Assembly (NCBI GenBank): GCA_050015395.1
Contig: JBEKBM010000004.1
Span: forward strand, 63,265 to 127,264
DNA length: 64,000 nt
Reading direction: 5' to 3'
Source of the DNA: Candidatus Bathyarchaeia archaeon
GTDB lineage: Archaea > Thermoproteota > Bathyarchaeia > Bathyarchaeales > Bathycorpusculaceae
The translations under genes and the position numbers were made by a program. Of the stretch, positions 60,877-64,000 are shown in pieces. The notes beneath the pieces are model-generated. The model was given only the letters and a program-made list of their open reading frames with translations. It was not told where the DNA came from and did not search any database. Position 1 is the first letter of the stretch. Each line of letters opens with the position of its first letter.

Positions 60877-61437
60877 ATGTTCAAAGACGAAATCTTAGAA
60901 AATGAGAGAAGAAGCAATATTTACGCGACCATAAAGAAAAATCCAGGTTTGCACGTAAGACAGCTTCAAAGAATTTTGGGCATTCCTTTGTCGAGTCTTC
61001 AATACCATTTAAACTATATGGCGCGAAGACATGTTATTCTTGAGGAAAAATCTGAGCATTACACACGATATTACAGTAAGCCGCTTGAAGCTGAAGATAA
61101 AAAAGTACTATCGGTTTTACGGCAGAAAAGGCTAAGAGAAATCGTTATGATAATTCTTGTAAGCAAGAAAGCAAAGTACCATTTCATAGTTCAGACTTTA
61201 AAGTTGCCCTCTTCAACAGTTTCTTTTTACCTAAAGCATCTCTTGGATAATCACGTTATTGAAAGGACCAAAATAGGTTATGAAAACATTTACACTTTAA
61301 CGGATGAAGATAGAATTGAAAAAGTTTTAATTGCTTATCAATCGAGCTTTTTGGATAAACTAGTTGATAAATGGGCAAGCACATGGCTAGAAAATCGTTT
61401 TGGTAAAGAAAAGCCAAATGAAGAAATACTTGAATAA
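60877..61437 (+). CDS. Double winged-helix transcriptional regulator
   Basis: NPGLHVRQLQR..SLQYHL; STVSFYLKHL. Confidence 0.85.
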   Translation: MFKDEILENERRSNIYATIKKNPGLHVRQLQRILGIPLSSLQYHLNYMARRHVILEEKSEHYTRYYSKPLEAEDKKVLSVLRQKRLREIVMIILVSKKAKYHFIVQTLKLPSSTVSFYLKHLLDNHVIERTKIGYENIYTLTDEDRIEKVLIAYQSSFLDKLVDKWASTWLENRFGKEKPNEEILE

Positions 61438-61805
61438 AACCGTTGCTTACAGGTTTTGCACTATTTTTGTTTGATATTTGTCTTGGTGCTTTTCAGAGAT
61501 TGCTATAGTTTTGTTCTGAATTTGTTTTATTGGTCTTATAAACGGGTTCCGAGATACGTTATAACCACAAACTTATAGGAGAAAAAGAAAAATGTCTGAA
61601 TCTTTCTCTATCAATAAACTGACCCCATTACTTTGACATAACGCTTAAGGTTGTTTAGGTGTTCCTTGATGGCGAAGAAATCCACTTTGCAAAGCATAGC
61701 GAATTGTTATAGAACCGCCTCGGTGATTTGATTCCCATTTGTTGGGCAAAACAAGCACCTGATTTAAACCCTGAATTAAGCCCCGATTGTAAAATTAAGG
61801 TAGAT

Positions 61806-61828
61806 TTGGCGCCGCCGAAAGGATTCGA
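61806..61828 (-). repeat. att-like tRNA 3'-end copy 2 (boundary of the integrated element)
   Basis: Minus strand TCGAATCCTTTCGGCGGCGCCA = T-loop, T-stem, acceptor strand, G, CCA; 16 nt from the integrase stop. Confidence 0.85.
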
Positions 61829-61844
61829 TGACCTGCGTACACTT

Positions 61845-63257
61845 TTATACCGAAGCCTCCTTTAGAATTAGCTCTTTCAGTTGGTTTCGCAGAACTGTAA
61901 GCTGATGATTTTCGCCGTCTTGTATTGTAATTGCTCCGTTAGCTAACGCTTCTTTAGCAAGTACCTGTTCCGGATTCATTCCTAAAGCTCGTACCATTTC
62001 TTTAAGTTGTTCAAGTTTGCTGATTTGTGTTTTTGGTCTAATGGCTAATCCTGCCGCTGCGTAAACACTGCGTAGTTTCTCTATGCCTATGCTCTGGATA
62101 TCGTGGTAAGTGTCAAGAAGGTGGCCCATGAAATAATCAACGTAATCGGGTTGGACGCCTAAAGCTAGAAACTGCGTTTTAAAGTATTTTCTGAGGCTGT
62201 GAACTCTCAAGTCGTAATGCCCTTCACATTGTTTGACAAGATTTGCTTTAACGTATAGTTGGTGAACTACATATCGCAGTTGCTTTGGAGTTATGCTTCT
62301 AGGCGTGGCTTTGGTTTTATCGCGAATTAATGGTGATTCATCTGTTAGGTTTTCGGGTTGTGTGCGTCTGCTTCCGTTCCTTCTTTGGTCTATATAGAGC
62401 TTCAGATATAGCGCGGCTTCAGCTCCGAGAAAAGTGTCGTAGTCGCCGTATTTGCCTTTGACTATTTCGGCTTCAACATGGATATGAATAGGTACGCGGT
62501 TGTTTTCGATGTCTTCTCGGACGTGTCGATACTTGAGTTTTGAAAGGGTTCCTTCGCGAAAAGCACCTAAAGCTAACATGGATACTATGACTTTTCCGCG
62601 CAGATCAGCTATATCCAGCACTTTGGTTAATTCTTCGGCTGTTGGGCTTCGGTCTTTGTATGTGATTCTTCGGCTTAGTGGCTCGGATAACTCTACTTTA
62701 ATGCCATTGACGCGATAAAATGTTTTAACGCTTTTGACACAATTAACGACTGCTCCAGGTTTCAGTCCTTGATCTTGCAATTCAGCTAAGTAGTCATTAA
62801 GAAAGCCTGAGTGATTCTGGATTCTATCGGGATCAGGTATGTTTCCAACTGGCTTAATGTCTTTAATGATTAAGTCGGGACTATTGCCTAACCACGTTGC
62901 ATATTTCTGAACGTTCGCTGTGTAGATATAGCAGCTATGCAAAGAACCGGAACAGTGCCGTAAAAAGTGCCGCGCCATTTTGAGTATGCTTTGATTGTCG
63001 AAAACAAATTCTATCAGGGCGGGTCTTTCACTGACAAATGCGCTTAGAATGTAGGTTATAAGTCCTTTTTCTTTGGCAGCTAAAACTTTGTCTAAGCTAA
63101 GGACTACTGTGTGCTTGAGTTTGCTGTTTCTTAGGCCTTTTTCGATTATTATCTGGTCGCCTTGAATCTTCATTGGAAACGGCAGAGTTTTAAGTTCTTC
63201 AACTGAGAGCTTTTGGTTTCGCATTATAGGCTGCGTGATGGCTTCGGTTGCAATCAT
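61845..63257 (-). CDS. Tyrosine recombinase/integrase
   Basis: GAFREG (R), VKGK (K), HSLRK, MGH, DTY. Confidence 0.93.
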   Translation of the reverse strand: MIATEAITQPIMRNQKLSVEELKTLPFPMKIQGDQIIIEKGLRNSKLKHTVVLSLDKVLAAKEKGLITYILSAFVSERPALIEFVFDNQSILKMARHFLRHCSGSLHSCYIYTANVQKYATWLGNSPDLIIKDIKPVGNIPDPDRIQNHSGFLNDYLAELQDQGLKPGAVVNCVKSVKTFYRVNGIKVELSEPLSRRITYKDRSPTAEELTKVLDIADLRGKVIVSMLALGAFREGTLSKLKYRHVREDIENNRVPIHIHVEAEIVKGKYGDYDTFLGAEAALYLKLYIDQRRNGSRRTQPENLTDESPLIRDKTKATPRSITPKQLRYVVHQLYVKANLVKQCEGHYDLRVHSLRKYFKTQFLALGVQPDYVDYFMGHLLDTYHDIQSIGIEKLRSVYAAAGLAIRPKTQISKLEQLKEMVRALGMNPEQVLAKEALANGAITIQDGENHQLTVLRNQLKELILKEASV

Positions 63258-63362
63258 TGGTTTTTTCTCCTTTTTTTGGTACTTGAGTACCTAAACATTA
63301 AAAGCGGTCTAAACACATATAAGTTTTTAGGAACTATTACGTTTCTAAGCTGAGGCACCGAT

Positions 63363-63524
63363 ATGGGCAGAATCAATGCGTTAATTTCAGATAGTTTGGA
63401 AAGCAAACTTAGAACTAAAGCAGCACAAAAATATTTAGGGAAAAAGGGGTCTCTTGGCTTAGCTTTATCTGAAGCCATCGAACTTTGGCTCAAAGAAGAA
63501 GATAGCAAAGAAAAAACAAAGTAA
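63363..63524 (+). CDS. Ribbon-helix-helix protein, 53 aa (absent from the ORF track)
   Basis: MGRINALISDSLESKLRTKAAQKYLGKKGSLGLALSEAIELWLKEEDSKEKTK*; TGAGG upstream. Confidence 0.75.
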   Translation: MGRINALISDSLESKLRTKAAQKYLGKKGSLGLALSEAIELWLKEEDSKEKTK

Positions 63525-63784
63525 CAATTAACCAATTCTTTTCAACTCCAAAATATCCGATTTTAATAGGACTAATCCAGAAGCTTTTGGGTCGCCACCA
63601 TGAAGAATTGGCGGGTTCTTCTATGCATTTCTTGTCAACGTCCTCGGCTTTCTGGTTCAGCACGTTATTTTCGTGTAACGTTGGAAAGTTGACATGACAC
63701 TTTCGCAAATTATAAATACAAAGATATTTCTATGTGCTTCCGTTGAGCGAAAGCTCAAACAAAATTAAAGGAAAAGAAAAATAC

Positions 63785-64000
63785 ATGAAAATTGCAAGAA
63801 ACAAAATTATAGCTATTACTTTTGCTGTATTCTTTATGCTTTCAATGACGGCTTCAACGATGCTAATACCAAACGCGCGCCAGTGCGTTGCTAATTTAGC
63901 ATTTTTGTGTTTAGTTTCTGCTCATCTTGCGAGTAAGGTTATGGACCGTGCTTTTTCTACCCTGTTTAATCGAAATGCAGCAACTGCGTTGAGTAGCATA
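63785..64000 (+). other. ORF start with a signal peptide, running off the window; possibly truncated
   Basis: MKIARNKIIAITFAVFFMLSMTASTMLIPNA... Confidence 0.4.

Larger units (their letters stand above)
61806..64000. mobile_element. Left end of a tRNA-targeting integrated element (continues beyond the window)
   Basis: att-like site + tyrosine integrase + divergent RHH gene. Confidence 0.7.

Noticed and set aside
60130-61830. Intact tRNA genes at the att copies
   Set aside because: No D or anticodon arm upstream; only 3' ends are present
284-62718. Numerous 60-140 aa ORFs overlapping well-supported genes
   Set aside because: Shadow ORFs with no independent motifs
63254-63708. Minus-strand ORFs 63254..63535 and 63490..63708
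   Set aside because: They overlap the RHH gene in antisense and have no recognisable motifs

Overview
Archaeal chromosome segment; gene content and protein style point to Bathyarchaeia (inferred). It contains: (i) housekeeping genes (mtnA, tRNA-splicing endonuclease subunit, cca, thpR, class II HMG-CoA reductase, acdB, glmM, glmU, SmAP3, PAC2); (ii) a complete type I-B CRISPR-Cas locus (cas8-cas7-cas5-cas3-cas6-cas1-cas2-cas4, minus strand) with 35 repeats and 34 spacers and a probable hidden Cas11; (iii) a type IV pilus cluster whose 1250-aa pilin/adhesin appears to have nested domains; (iv) a HEPN-MNT toxin-antitoxin pair, several gene and IS remnants, and the left end of a tRNA-targeting integrated element with two tandem att-like copies. 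The strongest candidate for a new system is a fluoride (crcB-class) riboswitch at 45707-45769 (-). It heads a prenyltransferase-repeat protein, a DUF6062-like zinc protein, a hypothetical protein and an MFS transporter, rather than a Fluc/CLC exporter. All calls are by eye; no searches were run.
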